A stretch of 64,000 nt of DNA, taken from assembly GCF_009914755.1 (NCBI RefSeq), contig NC_060939.1. One strand, given 5' to 3'. Source of the stretch: the human T2T-CHM13v2.0 reference genome, Homo sapiens. The notes beneath the pieces were generated by a model, which had not been told where the DNA came from, ran no database searches, and was given only the letters and a program-made list of their open reading frames with translations. Every line of letters begins with the position of its first letter. The first letter of the stretch is position 1. Positions 13,296 through 26,029 of this stretch are shown piece after piece. Position numbers and translations under genes: made by a program.

Positions 13296-13670
13296 AAATG
13301 TTATAGCTCTTTCTTTTTTCTTTTTTGAGACAGAGTCTCACTCTGTTGCCTAGGCTGGAGTACAGTGGCGCAATCTCAAATCTCGGTTCACTGCAACTTC
13401 TGCCTCACGGGTTCAAGTGATTCTCCTACCTCAGCCTCCTGAGTAGCTGGGATTACAGGCGCATGCCACCACACCCAGCTAATTTTTGTATTTTTAATAG
13501 AGATGGGGTTTCACCCTGTTGGTCAGGCTGGTCTTGAACTGTTGACCTCGTGATCCGCCCGCCTCGGCCTTCCAAAGTGCTGCGATTACAGGCGTGAGCC
13601 ACCACACTGGCCCTATAGCTCTTTTGGAATTTGTCTAACAGGTTTTTCAGTTTTTAGCAGAAAACCTCCC
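13296..13670 (+). pseudogene. U7 snRNA retro-pseudogene split by an antisense Alu
   Basis: Removing the Alu and one TSD copy gives aaatgttatagctcttttggaatttgtctaacaggtttttcagtttttagcagaaaacctcc. This aligns to U7: anti-HDE GTTACAGCTCTTTT, Sm site AATTTGTCTAG, 3' stem-loop. An A tract follows at 13676-13684. Confidence 0.85.
13313..13612 (-). mobile_element. Alu (S-type) inserted in the U7 pseudogene
   Basis: TSD tatagctcttt at 13302-13312 and 13614-13624. Confidence 0.95.
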
Positions 13671-14667
13671 ACGTGAAAAAAAAATTATAATTCTACCCAG
13701 AGATAATGCACTATTAATATGTGGGCAATCATCCCTGTGGTTTTCCTTCTCCTTATACTTGCCCCCACAAAATCACGGTGATAGATATTGTTTAGTAACC
13801 TGCTTTCACCAAACCATGATGAACGTTGCCATGAACATTCACCCATGCTGCTACCTGTCTACTCACGTTTGACTTTTTTATAGCTTCAGAATTCTGTCAT
13901 TCATTCAAATTTCCTGATGGCTGCTGGCAACAGTTGGGCAGAGAAAGAGCTTTGAATTGAAATTTGAACTAGGATGCAAACCTAGGTCTTCTACCTCTAA
14001 ACTGGCCACAGAACCCTGGATAAAATGATAGCCCCTCTGGTCCTTGGTTTCCTTCTATGTAAAATGAAATAGGTGTGTCTCCCATGGTGCCCTTCAGCAC
14101 GGACATCTTCTGATTCTGGTACCCTTGCTTTGTTAGCAAACATCAGAGTGGTCTTTTTAGGGGAAGGACCCTGGGAGAGGGTCCCTGACTGCAGGGTAAA
14201 GAGACTGGTTTTCTTGTGTGCTTGTCTTCTTCTAACTATTCCCAGCCCCCGTACTCCTGGACAGGCTGGCACTGTCTCCCTTTGGCTTTTTTTTTTTTAA
14301 GTACTTTTTAAAGCTATCATTTACATACAGTAAAATATACAAATCTTAAGTATATAGCTCAGGGGCTTTGTGTATGTATTCAGCTGTGTAACTACCAGTC
14401 CCTTGGGTGTTTACAAAAGTGTACTATGACCTCCCTGCCTCTGACCTACCCATCTGTCATAATACTACTCGAGTTGGCTTCCTCAAGCAGGCCAGCAGCC
14501 GAGGCATGAACCTACCTGTCCAGCCTCATTACTCACAGCATTCTCTCATTGCCTGTGAAGTACCTGACCTTTGGGCTGTTGTTTCCCCACTATCCCAGAT
14601 CCCCTCTTTTTTCTCAGCACCAAAATGCCTCTTATCCTATAAGAAAACTTAAATAGCATCAATTCTG

Positions 14668-14957
14668 CTTTTAAGAGACAGAGTCTCACTCTGTTGCCCA
14701 GGCTGGAGTGCAGTAGTGCAATCGTAACTCACCGTAACCTCAAACTCCTGAGCTCAAGCTATCCTCCTGCCTGTCTCCCAAGTAGCTGGGACTACAGGTG
14801 GGCACCACAACACCCAGCTAATTTTTAAAATTTTTTTTATAGAGACAGAGCCCCATTATGTTGCCCAGTCTGGTCTCAAACTCCTGGCCTTAAGCCATCC
14901 TTCCACCTTGGCCTCCCAAAGCGCTGGGATTTCAGGTGGGAGCCCCTGTGCCCTGCC
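14668..14957 (-). mobile_element. AluJ-type element
   Basis: ~19-bp TSD ttaaatagcatca(a/g)ttctg at 14649 and 14958; almost no poly(A). Confidence 0.92.
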
Positions 14958-16391
14958 TTAAATAGCATCAGTTCTGAGATACTATTCTCTAACTTGCCGC
15001 CCTACTCCTCTTTAGCCAGAATGAGCCCTTCTTCCATCTTCCTACCATGTTTCCCCAACATATAACTTCTGTGTCCGTTTAAAATGTTCCATCTTGTTTT
15101 ATGAGAATTTGTGTCTCTTTTCTTTATCACTGGAATATACACCCCAAATCAAGAGCCGCATACCTGGGGAGACAGAACAGGATTCCTGGTGGTTCCAAAT
15201 CTCAAGTACAATGCCATTCTGTATCTTGTTTTCCATAAACAGGTGTAAGTGAACGATGTTCTCATTTTGGCAGACGCCATGTGTGCCTGCCCAGGAGAAA
15301 CAAACTGCACTGTATCCGGCTTGTTCAATGGTGCTCTAGGGAATCAGGTGTACCTTCAGCTCTGACAGAGCTTTGTTGATCTGGGAAGGCTCTACCCTTT
15401 TTCTGGAAGAAGATGGATTTCTTATGGTCTTAAATTAAGGCAGGACAACCCCAGGCATATGCATAATGGCAGTTCACAGCCTCCACCCTTCCCTCTGGGC
15501 CTGGCTGAAGTTTTCATCACCAGGTCCCGGTTGGGAAGTAGAGACAGGCAGCAGGTGCCCTGTCTCTGGAAGCCTGCTATTAAAATGTACATACTGCCCT
15601 GTGGGAAGCCAGGCTGCTGCTTTTTCACTCGTTAGCAAGCTTGCCAGTATGGCCTGTCTTATAGCTAAAGATGAAGGCATTTAGGAGGAGTGTGATGGAG
15701 GACTTGGCTAATAGGCCGAAAAACAGAGAGTTGAGTTGTCTTCACTGGATCCAAGAGACATCTAGAAGCCCCTGCAGAGTCCAGAGAAGGGAGGCAGTAT
15801 GATGAAAACCACAGCCACATGTATGTGGGTACTTTCTTCCCCAGAGATGCAAAGGTAATCGCTTTCTTCTGCAACCAGCTGCCACCTGTATTAAAAAGAA
15901 CTGGACATTATTGTTCTCTGTGGATTTGAGAGACACCTGAAACTTAGGGGTGAGGGGCATACCCACTAACACCAAGCCAAAAATTACAGTTGGCTCTCCT
16001 ATGCCATGGTGCCCTCTCTGGACGTGTCCGCCTGGAAGCTGCTTCAGGTAGTCATAAGAGAATGGGAGGAGCCCTGTGGCCCTTCCATAGACCATAATGG
16101 ATTCATCTCCGGTGGTTTTCCCTTTTTCTCTTCACTCACCGGAGTACAAGCTCCAAACGGAAATCCAATTGGAATGCTGTTCTCATCATAATGTGTCCAA
16201 ACCTTTAGTTTCCTGCCAATTAGTCATCCATCAGCCTTGGTTAGTGAGCATTTGAGGATCTACTTCTCTGAGACTCATCGTGGGGAGGCATTTGTAAAAG
16301 ATCAGTTTTTCAAGCTTTTTAATTACGGAAATTTTCTAGAGGCACTTTTTAAAAATCAGTTTCCTCACAAATGTGCTTCCTAGTTATTTCT

Positions 16392-16732
16392 CTTTTTTTT
16401 TCTCCTTTCTTTCTTTCTTTCTTTTTTTTTTTTTTTTTTTGAGACAATGTCTCACTCTATTACCCAGGTTGGAGTACAATGGCACAATCATGGCTCATTG
16501 TAGCCTCAACCTGCTGGGCTCAAGAGATCCTCCCATCTCAGCCTCACAAGTGTCTGGAACCAAAGGTCCACACCACCATGGCTGGCTAATTTTTAAAAAT
16601 ATATTTGTAAAGACAGGGTCTCACCTGTGTCACCATGTTGTACAAGCTGGTCTTAAACCCCTGGGCTAGCGATCCTCCAGCCTCAGCCTCCCAAAGTGCT
16701 GGGGTTATAGGTGTGAGCCACCACACCCAGCC
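16392..16732 (-). mobile_element. AluJ-type element
   Basis: TSD ccta(g/a)ttatttct; long T/C-rich tail. Confidence 0.92.
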
Positions 16733-17496
16733 CCTAATTATTTCTAATAAAGCAGAGCAAATCTACTTTTGATTTTTCTCTCAAACAGTACCAACTCCCT
16801 CTCTATTGCTGTTGTACATACTTCTTAACAGTAAATATCCATTTTTCTTTTATCTGCCCCAAATAAGAGCTCAGTTCTGTGTGTACGAACACTATATTTG
16901 TCATAGATATGCAAAATATGCTATTTTTGTCCTAGTGTACCAAGGAAGTATTAAATAATTAGAAATACACTACAGAAAAGCACTCATTCAAATCTCTCTG
17001 ATAGTGCAATATATGGAGTTATTTTCTGGATCTAAAGAGCACGGGACTCCATATATGAAACGGCCACTTCTTCCATTTTCTTTTCTGCCTACTTGTTATA
17101 AAGCTGTTTCTTTGCAGAGGCAGTACCAATGCAGAGGCTGGGGTTAGGAGCTTTGAGATGGACAGTTGTTGTTTTCTCAATCTTAAAGCATCAGGCAAAT
17201 GCAACTTCACACACTCTCTTCCAGTCAGATTGCCACCCTAGGCCCCTCCTAGGTAAAAAAAATTCTGGAACCAGCACAGCTTATTTATTTATAGCAAGTT
17301 AAAGCTGAAAAGAATTTCATTATCTTTGACTTAAATTTCTCTTAATTCCCTCTTGCTCACAGACATTCCACATCAGATTTAGATCCTTTCCTTCTTGGCT
17401 GAACACTAAAGCTTTGTCCTTTTCACAGGATAAATTCCTAATTGCCAAGAGCCTTAATTCCATCGACCTGATTTTATCTGTTTTAAGAGTTGTGCA

Positions 17497-18193
<697 letters not shown>

Positions 18194-20517
18194 TCAGAGC
18201 ATATTCACCTGCAAACTTATATTGTTAGAAAATTCCTGAAAAATGGAAGACTCAAAATCATCTTGATTGAGGCTAAATATTAAGGGCTAGCCTCAATAAG
18301 TCAAACTTTTAGGCAATTTCATCTTAAAATTGCTCATGTTTCTGGTGAAATAGCCCAAACCAAAACTGTCAAAGTAAGAAAGTTAAACTGCTGACTCTGG
18401 GACACTCTTTTATTACTTGGCTGACCAAACATTCCAGTTTGCTCAGGACTGGGGCATGGGACTGTCAGTACTAATACCGGGGAATTCCAGGGCAAACAGG
18501 GATAAGTTGTTCACCCTCTCAACTACTCACTATCTTGGATGTTGCCTGCCTGCCCTGTCTCTGCTGTAGCAGGTCATTTATGCAAGGGGCCAGCCACATC
18601 AGGAAGAAAAGTGCCGCCATCTTTGAGGTCTCCTATATTGAATCAAGATCACCAAGTCTGAGTCTGCTGCAGAATTCATCCACCTTCTCTAACCTAGATA
18701 CAGATTGTAGCTTCTTCTTAGAGACTTTATGCCTTCTTATAGGAATTGCCGAAGCCTGAAAGATCTAAAAAAAGGTTCGGAATCCAAAATAGTCAAGACT
18801 CCCGTGATTTAGTTCAGATGGAAAAAGGCTCATCCTTTATGTGCCGAGCATTCTTTAAAACAACCAATTCTGGTTTCCAAAAATGTATGACCCTTATACC
18901 GCCCTATTCATCATACCTGAGTTTACTCTTCAGGGCCCTACTATGTCTCCAAAAAAGGAGTATATGTCTTCCAAAAGGAAGTATATGCTACAACTGATTC
19001 CATCACGTGGTATCAAATTCAGTACATGTGGACGGTAAGTGGGCCTTGGCTCCACGTGTAAGGTCCTGTTTTGAGTCACCCCTCTGTGTCACCCCTTCCC
19101 AGACTCGATTTCAGAATCCACCTTGGTTCACCATTCATCCTTAACTTTTAGCTTACACCTCATTTGCTTTACAGGACTTACATGGAATCAGATCTACTTT
19201 TATACTCCTTCTCAATGTGTGGTTGACTGAAAATTGCTCCACTATCCGGGAGCAGGAAATGGACCTTGTTTTCTAGAAAGTCTCGAATTTCTAAGGATAG
19301 CCAACTTTTATCAGCCTCTCATGTTTTACTGACCCTGTGAATTCAGAGGTTGCCAATTTTGATCTCCACTGTTCTTTTTCTCTGCCTGCTTCTCAGCATG
19401 CCCTCCTTCACTATGATAGTACACTTTGTACTACAAAATAGTATATACTTTATGGTAAAATAAAATTAAGACAGTAAACTGACTTGGAAAATATATTCTG
19501 GAGGGTAAGTAAGAATTTTTCCTAAACTCTCAGTGCCAGTGTCATGCAGTGATGTGGAGAGTGAAGAGCTGACGGCTGTTTACGCTTTTCTTTGTCTGAA
19601 GCAACAGTGAGTGAAGTGACTGGCTTTAGAAGCCCAGTCTTCTTCAGCAGCATCAAGAATACTTCCCTGCAAATGGAGTCTGTTTGGGATCCTGAGCTTT
19701 AGGGTCAGAATTTATTAGATGGTGTAATGTTTACTTAAGGAAAGCATTTTCCTGAGTTTATAAGGAAATCTACCCCTCCATGAAATTCTAGAAAGCTATA
19801 ACTAATACAGAAGGCTGTAGTCCTTGAAGACTTGATTTTATGCATGATTGGATGAGATGCCATTGCTGTTTGCTACCCCATGACTGTCAGTAGTCAGACT
19901 GAGAAGTGCCCTCTACCAAGTACCAAGGGCCGGGTACTCCTCAGAGGCCCTCCATCTGCCTGAGGTAGCTGCCTGCAGTGTAGTATCACGGTGAGCCATG
20001 GAAATGAGTCAGCCATTGTGGCAGCTTGTGAACCACCCTAACTCTACCTGCTGTCAGTTTCTAATCATAGAGTGAGGGCTCTGGGTCAGCGTGGGTGTAT
20101 GGCATCAAACCAGATGGCTTAACTTCTGAGGTAGCCATTATAAGAGTCTGTAATCCAAAACATTTGGGAACCCTGCCTGGAGATCAGTGGTTGATCCAGA
20201 ACCATCTGTAGCCTCCCAGGAAGGGAGAGATTTGTGAGAAACAGCAGGTTATATGTTTTTCTACCCTTCCACTGAGTACTAATGCCATTGCCATGACCAA
20301 CCTGACTTTCCTGTGATATGTAGCACCAAATCCTCCTGCTGGCAAGACCCTGAACTGGTGTTTTCAGCCAGATCACAAAAGCTTGAACAGTAATTTCTTA
20401 CTGATGTAAAGTGAGAAACTCCATAAATGCTTTTTAAAATGTTGACACCTGCCAAGCCACAGCAGTATGGACTTTTCCTTCCTTGGGATTTGAATAAAGG
20501 AAGATTCTTCTCAGTGA

Positions 20518-20576
20518 ATATATATATATACATATATATATATATACACATATATATATATATATATATATGTATA
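20518..20576. repeat. Interrupted (TA)n microsatellite
   Basis: TA runs with CA interruptions. Confidence 0.95.
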
Positions 20577-21599
20577 TTTTAAAAATTAGTCAATTAGTAA
20601 TATTTAGTAACCTGCTCTTCCAGTCTGTTCACCGTCTGTACACCATACTCAGCCCCTTCTATATCACACACAATACTTTTTCTCACATTTCCACCTTCTC
20701 TGTCTGTCAGAATCCTCAGGCCTTCTCAAATCGTAGCTCTTCTAGTAGCTCCTGACTTTTACCTGTCTCTGTCTCATTGGCTCTTACCTAAGGACAGGGA
20801 TGGAAACAATAACTTTCCACATATGTATCTCTCGTCACACCTCAAGTGTATTCTGAGAGGCTTAAGGACAGAGACTGTCTTAAAAATTCTCTGTCTTCCC
20901 TGTGGTTGCTGCTTCTTGTAGAGTCAGTACACACTAACTTCAGTAGAGTCTTTTGGTAGGAACATGTGATTGACAGAGTGAGTAATTCAGGTAAGTGATA
21001 AAGGAATTTAGAGAAAGAGGGGATATTCCTGTGGTGGCTTGACTGATGAGGTCTTCCATAATCCTGAAAGATTAGTTGGCTTTGGATAGATGGGACAATA
21101 GGAGAGAAGGCACAGATGTTGGTGTGAGCATGAACCAGTAAAATCAATTATTTAAACAAGCACTCATGGCAGAAAACTGGCTTTGCTGCCCAGGCCAACA
21201 CTTTTCACCCATCCACCTTTGTCCTTTTGTCCTGTGGGCCTTCCAACCAGTCAGCAGGATAAGAAGGTGGTAGAGGCCTTGCTGCCATTGACACATATCC
21301 ACGTTGTCAATGCTTTGCCGTCACCACAGCTACTCTATTCTTGTCTCCTAATTCCATGGATCTTCATTTGGCTAGACTTTGATTGTCTCTCTTGTAACTC
21401 CCAAAAATGATCTTGGTGCTGCTTGCATCATGTTTGGCCCTGCTACCCAGTCTGCCCTTTGCTCACTGTGCCCTTTGATTTTGTTTGCTAATGGGTTTTG
21501 GGCCCCATCACTGGTCTGGTCTCTATAGTTGCTTCGTGGCCAGCTCCTCACCAGGTCCCTATGCCACGATCTGGTGAGCTGAGAGCTGTTTGATTGTAG

Positions 21600-22300
21600 C
21601 AGAGAGCCCTATGGTCTGTGGGGGGGAGGAAGAGGAGATCAGATCACGAGGAGTCTCTAATTCCCAGAGAGGAAGAGTTTGGGCTTGATCCTGTGAGCAC
21701 TGGTGGTAGGTGGTTGGAAAGGGAAGGATGGGACAAATTCCAGAGGTCTTCTAAGGTGGAATCAGTGGTATTGGTGGGTAATGGAATGGCCTTGGGCATC
21801 AGAGGAAAGGGCTGAATCACAGATTATGCTGAGGTTACTGAGCGGTTGAGAGAATAGAATCATTGACAGAAATAGGGAAGTCTAATGGGGAAGCTGCTTT
21901 CTCAAGGAAAGTTGTTTAGCTTGGGGCTTGTCCACAGGATGTGCACAGGGTTATGTGCAATTATGGCATTAGAACTTAGGTGGGAGCTCAAGACCAGATG
22001 TGTAGATTCCAGATCAGCTGCAGGTAGGGGAGGTTGTGGGGGTGGGCAGAGAGAGACACTAAAGACTGATGGCTGAGGCAGGCCATGGCTAGGGTGGAAG
22101 AGACAGAGACAGGCAGTAAGAAAGGTAGGGAGAGAACCAGCAGCCTCCAGTTCCATGGCAGCCAGAGAAGGAAAACATTGAAGAGGGTGTCAGAAACTCA
22201 GGAAGAATGAGGGCTGACCAAAGGCCATCTACCTTGGCCAGAAAGGATCAGGGATTTTTGAGAATGTGTTTTCAGGAGTGAGGTGAATAAACAGGTCAGC
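21600..22300 (-). mobile_element. L2 remnant
   Basis: Purine-rich degenerate L2-like text (gagtttgggcttgatcctg, ctgagcggttgagag, ccatctaccttggc). Boundaries approximate. Confidence 0.55.
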
Positions 22301-22989
22301 ACAATAGCAACCAAAGAAGTGAGTCAGGAAACAAACACCAGAGAAGGAAGGAGAAAAAATGGAAACTGGAGGAGAAAGCCAAATTGATTGAAGGTTTTTC
22401 CCCTAAGATTGAGAGGGTAAATCCAGGGGCCCAAGTGAGAGGGTGAAGTTAGCGAGCTGTTGCCCCCCGGGAATCCAGAGTCCAGATCAGCAGTGAGACC
22501 CACCTGGGCTCAGATGCCAGCCCTGCCCCCTGCTGGCCAGTGGCTTCACCTTGCCGAGCTTCTATTTCCTCATTTGTAAGATGGGTATAATAGCACTTAT
22601 TTCATAGGTTCAGTATGCTGATTAAAAAAAAAAAAAGAACAGCATGTAAGATGATTTATAGGATACTTGGCATGTGTAAGAGTTCAGTAAATATAGCTGC
22701 TATTATTGTAGCTATTTTTATTTTAATATTATCAGCTAGATCAGTTGTACAAATAGCAAAAGACATAATGTACACGAAGGTCACACAAGCACACCTGAAT
22801 GTCAGTAGGACATCAGTGGGTAAGTGGGTAAAAGATGTGCCTAGATAAATTCCACATAAGGAAATACATGTAATAAGCACCTCATAATGTTAAGACTTGG
22901 TAACAATGAAGCCTTAAAACATGAAATATTATTTGATATTCAGAGGAAAATATGGCAATATTGTCAAAATTATATTAAGTTGGACATCG

Positions 22990-23760
22990 TATTAGTCGAA
23001 GTAAACTAGTTTATACTGTGGTAACTAATTACCTCTAAACCTGCACATCTTAAAGCCACAAATGTTTATTTCTCACTCATGCTACGTGTTTATTTCAATG
23101 GGCAGGAGGGCTCTGCTGATTGTCATCCCACCAGGACCCCAGCTGATGGAGGTGACATCTCAACACCTGCTTCCGTGGTCATCACCGAGCCAGGAAGAGC
23201 AATGTCACACCTCACACACTGGCTCTTACAGGCTGCTACCGGAAATGGCACTTGGTCATTTCCTTTCCCATTTCATTGGTTTGGGTGTCCAAGGGAGATA
23301 ATACAGTCATGGGTTCTCAGTTTCTGTTTCTGGTTGGTCCGGTAAAGCCCCTTCCTCATCCCTGTTTTTTGCTTATCACTAGAGACAGAAACTACAAACC
23401 ATGGCTTTAGGCTGCTAAAAGCCTACAAAAGAAACAGAACAATAACAACAAAATAAGGCAGGTTGGACAAGCTTGAGAGCTTGTCCAGCCCATAGCCCAC
23501 AGACTGCATGTGGCCTGGGACAGCTTTGATTGCAGCCCAACACAAATTCATAAACTTTCTTAAAATATTATGAGATTTTTTGTGTGATTTTCTTTTTCTT
23601 TTAGTCCATCAGCTGTCATTAGTGTTAGTGTATTTTATGTGTGGCCCAAGACAATTCTTCCAAAGTGGCCCAGGGAAGCCAAAACATTAGACACCCCTGG
23701 TTTAAAGCAAGGCTCGTGCCCATGCCTAACTTGAGAAGCAGCACACCTGTGTCCAGAGAA
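22990..23760 (-). mobile_element. Old MaLR LTR (MLT1K-like) split by a hAT composite
   Basis: tttatttctcactcatgctac...catttcattggttt // aaagcaaggctcgtgcccatgcctaactt. Confidence 0.55.
23283..23699. mobile_element. Two abutting hAT-Charlie MITEs (MER30B-like 23283-23475 and MER30-like 23476-23699) in opposite orientation
   Basis: TIR-type motifs gggtgtccaa...ttggacaagcttg and agcttgtccagccc...ttagacacccctg; MER30 body cacaaattcataaactttcttaaaa. Confidence 0.75.
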
Positions 23761-23859
23761 GAGGAGAATAATCATGGCCACAGGCAGCAGCCTGTGTCAC
23801 GTGGGCCTCCTTCCTTCTGTCCTTCACTCCATCTCTCCTTCAGTGCCTCTGCTTCACTG

Positions 23860-24240
23860 CAGGACGTCATCAGCTTTCACCTGGAAGAATGCAATAGCTT
23901 TCCCTCCATTCTCTACCCTTTCTAATTGATCTTGCAGGCCACCAAATTATCTTCCTAAAGCACAAATTCATCATGCCATGCCCCTGCTTTAAACCAAGTG
24001 GCTCCTCACTGTCTGTAGGGCGAGGTCCAGCATCAGCCCTCGCTCCTTCTTCCCTATATTCCTTGTGTTCTAGACACATCAGATCTCTCCACATTTTCTC
24101 ATACTGCATGTTCTCTCTTGACTATGTCTTACATTTGCAATGCCTTCTACCTGGAATCCCTTCATACCTCCACACAGCCTCTTTATTTGAGAGAACATAA
24201 TCACCTTCTTTCTGATGAATGCTTTCTGGACATTTATGGT
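23860..24240 (+). mobile_element. L2 remnant
   Basis: cacctggaagaatgcaatagc...tcttcctaaagcacaaattcatcatgccatgcccctgctttaaacc. Confidence 0.6.
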
Positions 24241-26029
24241 TCTCTTCTCTGTTGTCTGATAGCATCTGGTGTGGCCTTGGGATCTAGGACCCAGCAGAGA
24301 GGTGAAGGGGCAGGATGGGAAGCCCTTCCAGAGGGGAACAGGCACAGGGACTCCTCAGTGGTGTGTCCAAGAAAAAGCAAAACTGGTTTCTGACTATTGA
24401 GAGACTAACAGGTCCCCTAGAGTCTGGAGACAAATTGATGATTGGCACATAGAAAACTAAGCTGATGAGGAAATGATAAAAGTGATAACTTGAGGGAAAA
24501 TAAAAAATTTCACAAAAAAGAATACAACATATGACTTCTTTGTGGCTAATATTTCCATAATTATAATTTTATAAACACTGAAAATTAACCATAAGTGTTG
24601 CTGTAACAGTGTTGAAAAGAATGGGCGAGGGGAAAATGTAAGTCTTAGGAGAGACGTAAGAGAGCTAGCACCCTCCAGAGTAGGAAGTTCAATAGGTGCT
24701 ATTGAAAACTGAAATTGAAGAACCAGCATAAGCAGGATAAGCATGGCATTAAGAAATAAAGGCAAGTGTGGGATGGTAGGGACGACTAAAGGAGTTAAGA
24801 ATAGTCATCTCTCAGGGGCAGGAGTCAGGAGACAGATGAGGCATCCTGTTGGACTTTTTAAACAGGAGTTGAAAAACATGAAAAAAAAATTCAAGAAAGA
24901 TGAAAACAAAATATGTAAAGATGTTTTGCTGGCATTGTTTATTATAGTAAAAACTGGGAATAGCAGCATCCAACAATGGAGGCAGCAGCAAGATAATGCA
25001 GGGGAAAGAAAGAGCTGTCGGGTCAGACACACACAGAGTTCAAATGCAGGGTCCGCTGTGCAGTAGGCTGTTGGACACTCAGTTTCTGTCTGTAAAGGGG
25101 GTCCTAATAATAAGAATCGCTGTAAGGGACAAATTGAATTATGTAACATGCCCATAGAAGGGGCTAAATAAATGTTTGCTCCCTCCCTTAACTATAGCTA
25201 ATAAACAGGATAGAATTTTATGCAGACGTTCAGAACTTAGCATACTAATTATCTATAAAAATAGAGAATAAGTGAAAAAAGCAGAAGACAATTATATATC
25301 TCTATCTGAGCACCATTGTTGTAACTATGTAAATACTCTGCTTTCAGATAGATATAGATGAAAAGGAAACAAAAATGAGAATATTTTTGCAAGGCTTGTG
25401 AGGATATGGGTGATTTTTAAGCTTCTAATTTCTTATAGCTATTTCAAATTGATATGAAATTAAGAGGACTCTGAATATGCATTTCATCTTTCATAGTTTT
25501 GAAAGCCATTATCTTGTTCATTCCTAATAATAAGCAGTGACACCAGCACTGTCCTTTGCATTTGTCCTTTATATGTAAAGAGAGATGGACTTTGCTTTAG
25601 TAGGACTTTCTAGAACATGCTTATCTGCATGGTTTGGTGGCGCTCTCTCACTTTGTGGACAAGATGAAGGTCTGGTGCCTAAGCTGGGGTTTCTCAAGGA
25701 TGGAGTTGTTGACCATCTGAGAAAATGTTTTCCTGTGCCCACATACCGTAGGGGAGGGCTGCCATTTCAACAGGGCTAACCCACAGCCATCAACAGTGGC
25801 TTCTATCAGCTTTTTGTAACTGTTCCTCTGACGGAAAGCTCCAGGGCAGCTGCATCATTTCCTTCCTCTTACATTTGTGCTCAAGGCTCACCCTGGTCAA
25901 GAAGCCTGGCTGCATTTCCCAGAGGTTCTTTTATCAGCCAGTAGAACCTATGACCTTGTACCCTCCGTGTTGCCCTTGCTGTCAGTCGGCTCTTGTTTAT
26001 CCTTCCATCTTTTCTTTGTGAAATATCAC

